NCBI RefSeq assembly: GCF_006345805.1 | Contig: NC_043018.1 | Span: 27,342,001 to 27,406,000 of the forward strand | Direction of reading: 5' to 3' | DNA length: 64,000 nt | Origin: Octopus sinensis | Lineage: Eukaryota | Part shown: one piece after another, positions 1-12,830 of the stretch | Position numbering within the stretch: position 1 is the first letter of the stretch | Layout: the number at the start of each line of letters is the position of its first letter | The notes under the pieces: model-generated | What the model saw: the letters and a program-made list of their open reading frames with translations, nothing else | Databases searched by the model: none | What the model was told of the DNA's origin: nothing | Position numbers and translations under genes: made by a program

Positions 1-10
1 TGGCTTATGA

Positions 11-276
11 TTTTCCACTGTTTTGATTTGCCTAATAGTGGTTTTATCTCTAAGGTAATATAATATAATATATATATATAAATTAAATTAGAGATAAAAC
101 CACTATTAGGCAAATCAAACAGTGAAAAACATAAACCAAATATAGAAATAAAATAATTAATATAATATCCAAATATATAAAATATAAAATTTAAAATTTA
201 AATTATTTAAATTTAAGTTAAAAATGTAAAATTCCTTGTTTGATTTGCCTAATAGTGGTTTTATCTCTAATTTAAT
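11..276. repeat. Three copies of a ~40-bp unit in +/-/+ orientation
   Basis: tttgatttgcctaatagtggttttatctctaa at 22-53 and 239-270; reverse complement at 88-119. Confidence 0.85.
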
Positions 277-1069
277 TTATTTATATACTGTAAAATAGAT
301 TTAATCCTAAATCTAATTTTTCCTGTAAGTTTGGGTTTACTCCCTATTATATTATTATTATATATTTTTTATTATTATTAATTATTGATTATTATTATAT
401 ATATATATATATATATATATCATATATATATATGCAAATATTTATATATATTTGAAGAAATGAGGTCCTCAAGAAATCCGGATGGTTTTATATTTTACCC
501 ATATTTATTAGTATGTTACATGTTTTTATACATCATATATCATATTTCAGATATTATAGCGCTTTCGTCCATTCTAGTGGAGTCTTCAAATTGAACTAAG
601 TTTTTGCAGGAATTTTGACTCTTTTTATAGTATTATTGAGTGTGCAGTGGTGGGGAGAGATAAGATAGTACAAGAAGGGGATGAATGGGGAGAAAGTGAG
701 AGAGAGAATGTGTGTGTGCGTGTGTGTGTGTATGTGTGTGTGTGTGTGTTTTTGTAGCTGAAAGGAAGAAGTTTTAAAGAAAAAGAAGGAAAGAAAGAAA
801 AGGGAGAGAAAGAAATTTTTTTATCTCTTTGCAGCTGGTTAGGTTGTCAATAATAATTGATTCTTGGCTTTTAGTAATGGCTAATACAGCTGTTTACTTT
901 AAGAAGGGCAAAATGTCACTTTTCAAACAATTGTCCGGATTTCCTTTTTATCCTTGTCTTGTGAGAGAGTGCGTGTGTGTATGTGCGTGCGTGTGTGTAT
1001 GTGCGTGCGTGTGTGTGCGCGTGTGTGAGTGTTTTTGTATCTGAAAGAATGTTAAAGAAAAAATATTCG

Positions 1070-1191
<122 letters not shown>

Positions 1192-1381
1192 TTGTTGTTC
1201 AATGAGCCACATGAGGAGCAGATAGGCAACCGACAACTGATGAAGGGTTGTTCTTATGTTACTTGTCTTGTTTTCCATCTGTTTCTCTCGTTGTTTGCGT
1301 ATTCAACGCACTTGTTTTCGTATTTCATGCTCTTCACTGTTTGTGACGTGCTGAACCCATATATGCATACATATCTATATA

Positions 1382-1419
<38 letters not shown>

Positions 1420-1473
1420 GTGTATGTATATATATACTATTATATATATATATATATATATGATATATATAAC

Positions 1474-1507
<34 letters not shown>

Positions 1508-1653
1508 GTATATATAATATATATATAATATCTATATTATATAGAATATATATATATATATGCATATATATATTTTATATGTATGCATATATATATGCAT
1601 ACACAACGTTCATACATATATGCTCACATACATATATACTAATATGCGTAACG

Positions 1654-1927
1654 ACTGCGTGGCACCTTGGGCAAGTGTCTTCTACTATAGCCTTAGGCCG
1701 ACCAAAGACTTGTGAGTGGATTTGGTAGACGGAACCTGAAAGAAGCCCGTCATATATATGTATATGTATATGTGTGTGTGTTTGTGCCCATCCCCGATGC
1801 TGGTGTGTTTACGTCCGCGTTATGTGTAATAGGCTTACAAAGTCCTGGGATCGATTTCTTCGACTAAAATCCATTAAGGTGGTGCTCCAGCATGGCTGCA
1901 GTCATGTAGCTGAAAGAATTAAAAGAG
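1654..1927 (+). mobile_element. SINE family A, 5'-truncated
   Basis: Body and tail match family A. Confidence 0.8.
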
Positions 1928-2207
1928 GAAAAATAGTAGTGCACGTTAATTGTCAAAATAAAAAAAAATGGAAATATTTGAAGAAAAATGAAATACCTGT
2001 ACGGCCATTTGGAGTGAAGTGACATTTTAAAATTCTGAGAATAGAATTTGGTAGAATTTGCAGATTGGTAGCATCGTAGATGTTTACTTCCAGAGACTGA
2101 TCATACTGGAGAGAGTCTATAACGAGCAGCGTGCGGCCCAGGACCATCCAGTGCTTCAGCACCCTGTATCAACGAATGTATTATCTCACGCAGTCATTTT
2201 AGTCTCT

Positions 2208-2266
<59 letters not shown>

Positions 2267-5140
2267 GACCTGCTCAGACGCTTTCAACTGTCTGACAGGT
2301 TTCGACTAGACCACCCGAATGCGCCAACGTGGACATGGAGCAACCCGCATCGGGTCGTCGAGATCGTATCTAGATAGGATACTGTGTAGGACAGTAGATA
2401 GAGATAGCATAGGATGTCCACATTCCACATAGTCAGCTACACGATCACAAACTTGTGACATGTACGCTAGACTTAGGTAAGACACTTAGGCAGGTCCCGG
2501 ATACTGGAAACTAAACGCGTCTTTCCCATCGAGACAAGTTTTCAGAGACCGGATTAGCACACTAGTAAAGAGGGCTTTGACGGGAGCCATCATCAACAAC
2601 AAATGGTGGTTTGCCCTCAAGAGAGCAGTAAAAGCAGAAGCGATTAGGTACAGCAAAGCACTAGCCATAGATAGAAATAGAGTAGAGGGTGAGCTAGTTA
2701 AGAAGCTAGAAGAGGCAATTAAAGTCGGCATCGCATCCGACGTTTTGGCGGCGAGGTTGGCCCTCGACCACACTTCAACGCCAAACACGAAGGATTGCTG
2801 TCAGAGCTAGGATGCGTGCTCTAAGGAAACGAAGGTGTTGGAGCCGCGAGAGAGGCCCGGGTGGCAGAGGAGGCGCAACAGGGCAACAAAGCCACCATTC
2901 GGTCACTGGTAGATGAACAGGGGCGCGAATTGCTCGAGCCAAGTAAATGTGAGGGCCTTTCAGCAGCATTTTGCCCGACTGTTCGGAACGAGTGGAGGGC
3001 AAGAACGTAGGGTGGACTTCAGTGCCTACCTACATAGCCTACCACGACTCTCGACAAGAAAGGCAGGGTGCTGCGAAGTGCCATCACGGCGGCGGAAGTG
3101 CAGGAAGCGATGGCAGAATGCTCGAGGACAAATCACCGGGTTTGGATGGTCTACCCTACGAGCTCTACAATTGGTATGCCAGACTTGTTTGGAGATCTCT
3201 TGGCGGCGGTGTACTGCAACTGGCAGCAAAACGGGAGCATTCCTGGTTTTGTGAGCCGAGGAGCCGTAACACTGCTGAAGAAAGATCTAAACAAGGGAAA
3301 TGTAATAGATACTTTAGGCCCATCACTCTGCTTAATGCGACTTGAAAATTTTGGCCAAGGTGCTAGCCAGAGGTTGGCGCTTGTCATCGAGAAACTGTCG
3401 ACAAGGCGCAAACATGCGCCTTGCCAGGCCGGACCATCCATGACAACCTCCATCTGATGCGCTACAATCATAGACAGGGTAGTTAACGAACCTGGCATGG
3501 GTGGGGCCCTGATCAACTTGGATCAATCAAAAGCCTTTGATAGGGTAGACCATCGATACTTGGGCAGTCCTGAGAGCGGCTGGTTTCCGGTCCCGTCTTC
3601 CGCGGCTGGATACTGCCTTGTACAGAGGCATCCGTTCGGTAATTCGCGTAATGGACATCTATCGAGACCTTTCGACATTGCACGTTCGGTCCGTCAGGAT
3701 CCCCCTCTCGGCGCTTCTATACGTTATTGACTCTTGAGCCACTACTGCGGAAGCTGGCGACTCTAAGGGGCATCCCGCGAGAATTGGGATGCGGGACGAG
3801 CGTGTCTGCATACGCGGACGACGTCACCGTCATAGTGTCTAGCCACGAGCACATCGAGCTGGTCGGCGAGACACTGAAAAACTACGAAGCGGTGACAGGA
3901 GCGAAAATCAACCGGGAAAAGTCAGTGGGGTTGCACTAGGCACCTGGAGAAGCAAGCCCATGCCGTCCACCAGCGCCTCCGTCGTGGGACGCTGGACCGA
4001 CGGCCCGTTGAGTTGCTCGGGGTCTGGTTTGGTCCGGACCTCCAAGTGGAGAAAACTGGAACGAGATAACGAGTAGGGTGGTCACTCTCGCCCGGCAATG
4101 GGCCGAGAGGAAACTGTCCCTAAAAGGTCGTGCGGAGGTGGCGAACACGTACATCGCGTCCGTCATCTACTACCGCCTGACCGTCGTACCTTGTCCCGAC
4201 CCTACCATCACCAAACTACAACGCATCCTCTTTCGCTTCTTGTGGAAAGGATGCGTCCCGATGGTCAGGCGATCCATTTGCTGTCAACACCCGTTAAAAG
4301 GAGGGCTGGGCATGCCGTGGTTGATGATGCGCAGACACGCGCTGAGACTGCGACATCTCTGGCTCTATGTAGACGACGGTGAACAGGTGTGGTCGCCGTT
4401 TGTGAGGCACGCTTTTCCCGCAGCTCGTCTCCATGACCGAACTGCAGTCGTGGATCAAAAAGAGGCCGAGGAAGGGCGAATGGCACCGCGAGTGTCGCGT
4501 TGCTCTCAAGCAACTCTGCCGTCCTGGGTCGACCTTAAGTGACTTCAACACAACCAAAGCATTCTATAGGGGTTTAGTGGAGGGGAGGTACGACGACGAG
4601 CTCGGGCGAACCTGGACGTCGACGAGGAGTACCTGACCCGCCTGTTCGGGACGACTTTCGGGCCAGGGCCCATGGACAACTTCCAGAGATCCCTGGCCTG
4701 GCAGTGCTACCGAGAAGCGCTACCCGTTTCGGGATAAGCTCTACAGACACGGCTCGAGAAACACGGGCCGACCTGCCCGAGATGCGGTCAGAGCGACGAA
4801 ACCGTTCTGCACGCACTCGTTCAGTGTCCAACAAATTTCCGACCTGTGGGCTTGTGTCGAACAACTGCTGTCACGTGTGGGACGAGTCGGGTTATCAGCT
4901 GAGTCTATCGTCAATATTGTCACGCCTCCTTCCTTCAAACGGGAAGGAAGAGCTATTTTCATCATCCTTGTGGCTATGGCGAAAGAATGTATCTGGTGGA
5001 CGCGTCTGAAAGGATTGGAGACAAACACTTTCCTCTCTGGTCAATCTCTCATCAACTTCTTCAAGTACCACTTGAAAAGGAAAGTGAGAGTAAGAGGCAA
5101 GTTTTGTCTAGCGAATGTTTTAAAAAAAGATGGGTGAATG
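2267..5140 (+). pseudogene. Frameshifted ORF2 (APE endonuclease C-terminus, reverse transcriptase, C-terminal Zn finger) of the Tx1-like LINE
   Basis: Motifs across frames: SRSYLDRILC..(T)DH (APE end), KSPGLDGLPYELY, LINLDQSKAFDRVDH, SAYADDVTV, GAKINREKS, LSLKGRAEVANTYIASVIYY, and CPRCG..ETVLHALVQCP-like. Many 1-bp frameshifts. Confidence 0.9.
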
Positions 5141-5401
5141 TAGCAAGAATGGCACGTATGAATGACGAAGCCACCTTCATAGTCCTATGAACCCAGAAAT
5201 CGAAAACAGAGAGTTTGCTTATTTGCAAAAAAAAAAAAAAAAAAAAAGAAATATAAAATGTGACTTCATTGACCGAGGTTACCGTGGTCTTTTTCCGCAG
5301 GCTTTTCTTTCCACGGGTAAACCTCACCTGTCCTCCCCTTTACACTTCATATTGACATTTCTGTGATAACGATCCCTATTGATCATTTTTTTTTTTCCTC
5401 T

Positions 5402-5432
<31 letters not shown>

Positions 5433-5497
5433 TAACCCCCCTTATTTTTGTCCTCTTTCTCTCCTTTACGATCCCTTTTGATCGAACCTCCCCCTTC

Positions 5498-5530
<33 letters not shown>

Positions 5531-5601
5531 CCTTCAAAAGAAAGCTCTACCTTGTAATTTGTTCTATCTGTGTGCAGCCCTGTGTGGCTAATAAAGAAAC
5601 A
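2267..5601 (+). mobile_element. 5'-truncated L1/Tx1-clade non-LTR retrotransposon inserted in a (TATC)n microsatellite
   Basis: Starts directly after (TATC)n at 2208-2266. Ends AATAAAGAAACA directly before (TATC)n at 5602-5641. Contains APE, RT and zinc-finger peptide remnants. The 3' UTR has poly-A and poly-T tracts. Confidence 0.9.
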
Positions 5602-5674
<73 letters not shown>

Positions 5675-5702
5675 TTATCTCTCTCTCTCACTATATATAT
5701 AT

Positions 5703-6107
5703 ACTCTTTTACTATTTTACTTGTTTCAGTCATTTGACTGCGGCCATGCTGGAGCACCGCCTTTAATCGAGCAACTCGACCCCGGGACTTATTCTTTTGT
5801 AAGCCCAGTACTTATTCTATCGGTCTCTTTTGCCGAACCGCTAAGTAACAGGGACATAAACACACCAGCATCGGTTGTCAAGCAATGCTAAGGGGAAAAA
5901 CACAGACACACAAACACACACACGCATATATATATATATATATACGACAGGCTTCTTTCAGTTTCCGTCTACCAAATCCACTCACAAGTCTTTGGTCGGC
6001 CTGAGGCTATAGCAGAAGACATTTGCCCAAGATACCACGCAGTGGGACTGAGCCCAGAACTATGTGGTTGGTTAGCAACCTACTTACAACACAGCCACTC
6101 CTGCGCC
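5703..6107 (-). mobile_element. tRNA-derived SINE family A, full copy
   Basis: Head GGCGCAGGAGTGGCTGTG.. with a B-box-like GGCTCAGTCCC. Conserved body gtgagtggatttggtagacggaaactgaaagaagcc. (GTAAAA..)n-like tail. Confidence 0.85.
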
Positions 6108-6241
6108 ATTGTATAACTATATATCTACCCACCAGTTTCAACGTCCACCTGTCTATCAATAGATATCTATTCAGCAAATATATTTGTTGGCCTAGCATTG
6201 GAGTATGTATGTATGTGTGTGTGTATGAATGATTGCATTAC

Positions 6242-6620
6242 GAACCACATGGTTCTGGGTTCAGTCCCACTGCGTGGCATCTTGGGCAAGTGTCTTCTGC
6301 TATAGCCTCGGGCCGACCAAAGCCTTGTGAGTGGATTTGGTAGACGGAAACTGAAAGAAGCCTGTCGTATATATGTATATATATGTATGTATGTGTATAT
6401 ATATGTTTGTGTGTCTGTGTTTGTCCCTCTAGCATTGCTTGACAATCGATGCTGGTGTGTTTACGTCCCCGTCACTTAGCGGTTCGGCAAAAGAGACCGA
6501 TAGAATAAGTACTGGGCTTACAAAGAATAAGTCCCGGGGACGATTTGCTCGGCTAAAGGCGGTGCTCCAGCATGGCCGCAGTCAAATGACTGAAACAAGT
6601 AAAAGAGTAAAAGTAAAGAG
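6242..6620 (+). mobile_element. SINE family A, head clipped
   Basis: Same body and tail as 19530-19939. Confidence 0.85.
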
Positions 6621-6652
<32 letters not shown>

Positions 6653-6674
6653 CGCTTTCTGTATGTATCTGTGC

Positions 6675-6749
<75 letters not shown>

Positions 6750-7074
6750 CATCTATCTATCTATCTATCCATTTTGTCTATCTATCAATCCACAAACATA
6801 CCGTACTTACCCATCTACCCACTCACCAACCCACCCACCCACCAGCCTACCTATCTATAGATGTATGTTTATTTGTGTTTTGTATAGAATTAGCAGATGT
6901 TCAGGGCTGAGGAATTTTCTGCTTCTGCGAAGGAAACCCAACCTTTGTGACGTAGTCTTGAAAGGTTATCGGAGATTGTAAGACATAGCGTTTGTAGGGA
7001 GTGTGATTCTAGTCGTGGCAGCCGACACAGTCGTACATAACTACATATCGATGTACATAAGTACGCATGGAAGT

Positions 7075-7079
<5 letters not shown>

Positions 7080-7111
<32 letters not shown>

Positions 7112-7129
7112 TGTATGTATGTATGTATG

Positions 7130-7163
<34 letters not shown>

Positions 7164-8072
7164 TGTATGTATGTATGTGCGTATGTATGTGAGTATGTAT
7201 GTAAGTATGTATGTATGTGCGTATGTATGTGTGTGTGTATGTATGTATGTATGTGCATATATATGTATATGTATGTATGTATGCATGTATGCCTGCATGT
7301 ATGCATGCTTGCATGTATGTATGTATGATTCTATGCAAGTATGTATGTATACACGCATGTATGCATGGTTGCATGTATGCATGTAATGCGTGTATGTATG
7401 AATGTACGCATGTATGTATAATACTATGTATGTATGTATGTATGTATGATATATGTATGTATGCATGCTTGCATGTATGTATGTATGCATGTATGCATAT
7501 GAATGTATGTATGCATATAAGTATGTATGTATGTATATATGTATATATGTATGTATATATGCATTTATGTATATGTATGTCTGTATGTCTGTATGTATGA
7601 GTGTATGTATGTATGTACGTACGTATGTATGTATTATGTATGTATGTATGTATGTATATATGTATGTATGTATACATGTATGTATGTATGTATGTATGTA
7701 TGTCCGTCTGTCTGTCTGTCTGTATGTATGTATGTATGTATATATGTATGTATGCATGTATGTATGTATGTATGTATATATGTATGTATGTATATATGTA
7801 TGTATGTATGTATGTATATATGTATGTATGTATACATGTATGTATGTACGGATGTATGTATGTATGTGTGTATGTATGTATACATGTATGTATGTATATA
7901 TGCATGTATGTATGTATATATGCATGTATGTATGTATGTATGTATGTATGTGTGTATGTATGTATACATGTATATATGCATGTATGTATGTATGTATGTG
8001 TGTGTATGTATGTATGTATGTATGTGTGTGTATGTATGTATGTATGTATGTATGTATGTATGTATGTATGTA
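7080..8072. repeat. ~1-kb degenerate (TATG)n microsatellite
   Basis: Direct inspection. Similar arrays at 15545-15800, 33700-33985 and 42679-42840. Confidence 0.97.
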
Positions 8073-8465
8073 TTTGTTAGGGTGCGTAAACACGCACACA
8101 GGGATATACGTGTGTACGATCAAGAATCAACACGTACAAGTACATAAACACGCACCTCTATTTTCTAGTAGTAGAGGGACAATCTACCCCCCCCCCCCGC
8201 CATCCCACCGCCCCCCCCCCCCAAAAAAAATAGTATGGTGATAATGTACCCCTTACCTATATTGGTGGTTTCATCCCTCTGCGTATCAATCCATCAATGC
8301 CATTTATACATACATGCGCACTACACAAGCACTCGCACGCGCCACTCACAAACTACGTGTGTATATCGGTATATGCGTATATGCGTAAGTCCTACTGCGT
8401 ATGTATCATATCTGTGGATGTGTGGATGTATGCATATATATATATATATTATATATATAATATAT

Positions 8466-8496
<31 letters not shown>

Positions 8497-8628
8497 CATA
8501 TACATGTATATGTATATGTATACCTATATACATGTATACATTCATAAATACATACGTGTATACACATATATCATACTCACGTCTGTGTGTGTAGATATAT
8601 TTATATATATAATATATATATATATATA

Positions 8629-8670
<42 letters not shown>

Positions 8671-8699
8671 ATATATATTATATATATATATATATATAG

Positions 8700-8724
8700 C
8701 TAGATAGATAGATGTATAGATAGG

Positions 8725-8793
<69 letters not shown>

Positions 8794-8838
8794 GAATAGG
8801 TAGATAGATAGATAGATAGATAGATAGATGGATAGATG

Positions 8839-8880
<42 letters not shown>

Positions 8881-8900
8881 AGATAGATAGACAGATAGAC

Positions 8901-8971
<71 letters not shown>

Positions 8972-8990
8972 CGGATGGATGGATAGATAG

Positions 8991-9021
<31 letters not shown>

Positions 9022-9036
9022 GATAGATAGATAGAC

Positions 9037-9085
<49 letters not shown>

Positions 9086-9118
9086 TAGATAGATAGATAG
9101 ATAGATAGACAGATAGAC

Positions 9119-9150
<32 letters not shown>
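8700..9150. repeat. (GATA)n microsatellite
   Basis: Direct inspection. (TATC)n also at 6676-6770. Confidence 0.97.
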
Positions 9151-9334
9151 GCACATCTTTACTAACGTACAAACACGCTCGCATACACCAGGATAGTAAC
9201 ACACACACACACACACATACACACACGCACACACACATACACACATACACACATACACACACACTTATATTAATGCAAATCGATAAATAAACAGACAGAT
9301 AATAGATAGAATCACTTTACATTAAAGAAGAAGC

Positions 9335-9546
9335 AACCTGGTTGGCGCCAACCTGGCTGAAGCCGGATTCTACGATGATGTAATCTGTTACAACCAATCA
9401 TTTTAGCGGACCAATTCCTCAGTGGAATTTTTTTTTTTCCCGGATTTGTTTAAACTTTCGAGCTAATTTCTGCTGTTGAAAACTGACCCGAACCAAATCT
9501 CTGTATAAAAAAAAAAAAAAAAAAGAAGAAAAAAAGAAAAGTAAGC
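9335..9546 (+). promoter_or_regulatory. Candidate CpG-rich promoter and first exon
   Basis: Perfect palindrome GGTTGGCGCCAACC (9340-9353, E2F-like TTGGCGC). CCAAT at 9394 and 9411. TTTAAA at 9449. GTAAGC donor at 9541. Local CpG enrichment extends to about 9600. Confidence 0.4.
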
Positions 9547-10084
9547 GGGCGGTGATGGCGTCGGTGGTGTCGGAGGCGGCGAATTGTTCTGCTGTTGCTG
9601 CCATGGAGTACTTAGTGCCTTGTTACTGAAACCAGCTTGTTGTTTACCTGAGGAAAAGAGCATACGTACACACATTCATACATACTTACATACCTACATA
9701 TAAATAGGCAGATACACACACACACACACACACACACACTCATACACACATAACACACACATACACACACATACACACACACACACATACACACACACAC
9801 GAACGTATATATAGACATAGTCTCATTTGCTGCTTACGTGCGTATGCACGTGCATGCATGTTCGAGTGTGTGCGCGCGTGCGTGCTCGCACACGTGTGTG
9901 TGTGTGTGTATGTGTTTGTGTGTGTGAGTGTGTGTGTCTGTGTGCAGTAATAAAACTCAAATGAACTACATCAAGTGCATTTCAACTCGTCGAATCGACG
10001 TGAAATATTAATTTACTGAAAGTGCTCAACGACCACTTATAAATAATCGTTAATTACTCGGGGCTATGATATGTGTCACTAATA

Positions 10085-11054
10085 AATTTTTGTGCTACAA
10101 GCACAAGGCATGAAATTTGGGGAAGGGTGGAGTTGTCGATTATCTCGGCCCCCTCCCCATACTATTTAAACGATATTTATCTTATCGATCCTGAAAAGAC
10201 AAGTGACGCAGTTGACCTTGGCAGAATTTGAACCTAGAACTTAAAGACTATCTTGACCCCCACCGCTTAAGTGATATTTATTTTATCGACCTCGAAAAGA
10301 CAAGTGACGCAGTCGACGCCGGTGGAATTTGAACTTAGAACGTAAAGACGGAGTAAATGCCGCTAAACATTTTGTCCGATGAGATAAGGAATCTGTCAGT
10401 TCGTCGCCTTATGTACGTCTAATGAAACTAATACAATGGTTTCAACTTATGACACAAGGCCAGCAATTTTGAGGGAGGTGGGCATGAGGGGATTACATCG
10501 ATCCCAGATCTTAACGCTTACTTCTTTTATCGACTCTGAAAGGATAAAAGGCTAGGTCGACCTCAGTGGAATTTGAACTCAGAACATAGCGACGGACGCA
10601 ATAACGCTAAGAATTTCGCCAGGCGTGTTAACGATTCTTATTTTTTATTACCCACAAGGGGCTAAACATAGAGGGGACAAACAAGGACAGACAAACGGAT
10701 AAAGTCGATTACATCGACCCCAGTGCGTAACTGGTACTTAATTTATCGACCCCGAAAGGATGAAAGATAAAATCGACCTCGGCGGAATTTGATCTCAGAA
10801 CGTAACGGCAGACGAAATACTTATTTCTTTACTACCCACAAGGGGCTAAACACAGAGAGGACAAACAAGGACAGACAAACGGATTAAGTCGATTATATGG
10901 ACTCCAGGGCGTAACTGGTACTTATTTAATCGACTCAGAAAGGATGACAGGCAAAGTCGACCTCGGCGGAATTTGAACTTAGAACGTAACGGCAGACGAA
11001 ATACCGCTAAGTATTTCGCCCGACGTACTAACGTTTCTGCCAGCTCGCCGCCTT
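10085..11054 (-). mobile_element. Tandem cluster (about 5 units) of SINE family B
   Basis: Repeated gttctgagttcaaattccgccgaggtcgactttgcctttcatcctttcggggtcgat on the minus strand. Head aggcggcgagctggcag at 11054. Confidence 0.85.
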
Positions 11055-11598
11055 ACCTTGAAGCTAATATAATGAAATTTAGTAGTGTTTTCCTGTGTTT
11101 TATTCCGTGTACCGCATGCACTCTTGGTTAACATTTCTGTCTTTCAATTATTAATGCTTTCTGTCCCTTCTTTTACCATTTCCGACGAGTTATTGTGTTC
11201 CTAATTATAAACTATAAGCTCACCATCATCATTATTACTAGTATCTGATGTATCGTATTCAGAGAATGAAACATTATAGACAAATTCAGGTATATGAAAT
11301 ACCATACCATATAAAATCTTGAATTATTAAAATTATCTCCACCTCTAGGGGATATGTCACAATTACCAAGTGACAATTAAGATCAGCTTCACTTGGTAAA
11401 GAGTGATAATCTCAAGGCTTAAAAATCCCCCAAAGTTGACATGCTATTAAAGAGAAGGATAGGCTTATCCCGCTGTCAGCGCACGTTTCCAGGCAATACC
11501 GTTAGCTTATAGGTCAGTAGGTTGTGTCACGCAGCATAAATAAAAAATTGGAGACTGACCAATCTATTGAAGCAAGTGAGTTTATTTTGTCTTTTCAG

Positions 11599-11679
11599 GT
11601 AAAACAGTCTATGAGGACCAACACGCCTTTTTAGGAATATCTAAATCTACAGTATCCAAAATGTTCTTTGTTTAAGACG
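11599..11679 (+). other. Candidate 81-nt exon (non-coding or decayed)
   Basis: Acceptor ttttattttgtcttttcag and donor GTAAGC. The best frame GKTVYEDQHAFLGISKSTVSKMFFV* stops just before the donor. Confidence 0.25.
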
Positions 11680-12435
11680 GTAAGCAAAGGCATGTGTGGT
11701 ATGAGAGAAATTTAGCTTTTATTTGAAGCAAGTTGATCAGCTACGTACCGGCGCCCCTCCTCGCTATTCTGTCATTTTATTTATTTTTTCGACATCATCT
11801 GTAGTTATAAGATATCTTGCGTGACGCTTTACTGTTATCGACAATTCGCTCGATTAACTGGACACTCCGTCGTCAAACGCTTCCTCTCTGGACTCTTCTT
11901 CTCTTGATTCTTTGTTTTAGGACTTATCTAGTCTCAGATTTTTGTCGTCAGACTCTACGTTGGCAGAAATTTGAAGTCTCTACTCTTGGTTGTTACACTC
12001 TTCGCTGCCAATCTCTTTACGCAGGACCCGCCTTCAGAACGCTGGAACCTCTGATGTTTTTGCGTCTGAACTCTTAAGTTCTTGAGCTATTCATTTCTTA
12101 ATCGCCTTTATCTTCGTCTTTCGACTCTTTGTTGACTGTTCATCGGTTTCATTTATTGTGGTCTACAGTTTTTCTTCTGCAAGTGTATTATTGCCCCTTC
12201 GCAATATTCAATTCTTTAAAATAAAGAGACAGTAAATTGGTTGAGCCGCTAGAGGCCCAAATAAACTGCTCCATTTATTCTGGTTCTTTACGTCCTGAGT
12301 TCAATTCCTACCAAAATCAATGCTACCTTTCATCAGATCGGGGCTAATAAAAATTAAATGCCACTATTGGAGTGGTTGAATGGCGGAATTATTAGATCGT
12401 CTGACAAAAAGCCTTGCGATATTTATTTCAGCATC

Positions 12436-12830
12436 TAAGACGGTGAGCTGGTAGAATCGTTAGCACGCCGGGCGAAATGCTTAGCGGTGTTTCTTTCGCC
12501 GCTACGTTCTGAGTTCAAATTCCTCCGAGGTCGACTTTGCCTTTCATCCTTTCGGGATCTATTAAATAAGTACGAGTTACGCACTGGGGTCGATATAATC
12601 GACTTAATCCGTTTGTCTGTCCTTGTTTGTCCTCTCTGTGTTTAGCCCCTTGTGGGTAGTAAATAAATAGGTATTTCATCTGCCGCTACGTTCTGAGTTC
12701 AAATTCCGCCGAGGTCGCTTTTGCCATTTATCCTTCCGAGGAAATAAAATGACTTCCAATTAAGCACTGGAATCAATGTAATCGACGATGTCCCTCCCCC
12801 GAAATTGCTAGCCTTGTACCAAAATTTTAT
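12436..12830 (+). mobile_element. SINE family B, dimeric
   Basis: Head taagacggtgagctggtagaatcg; the B-box unit is repeated. Confidence 0.85.

Noticed and set aside
1192-1360. CUGAUGA/CUGACGA at about 1238 and 21884 as hammerheads
   Set aside because: A shared repeat family, but no stem II closed by GAAA can be found up- or downstream.
6890-8241. Long ORFs (up to 360 aa) such as MYVCMYVC.. and HTYIHTYI..
   Set aside because: Translations of (TATG)n. The same applies to YIYI, LSIY, poly-N/I/Y/L/K/S ORFs over (TA)n, (TATC)n, (TTA)n and (TTC)n throughout the window.
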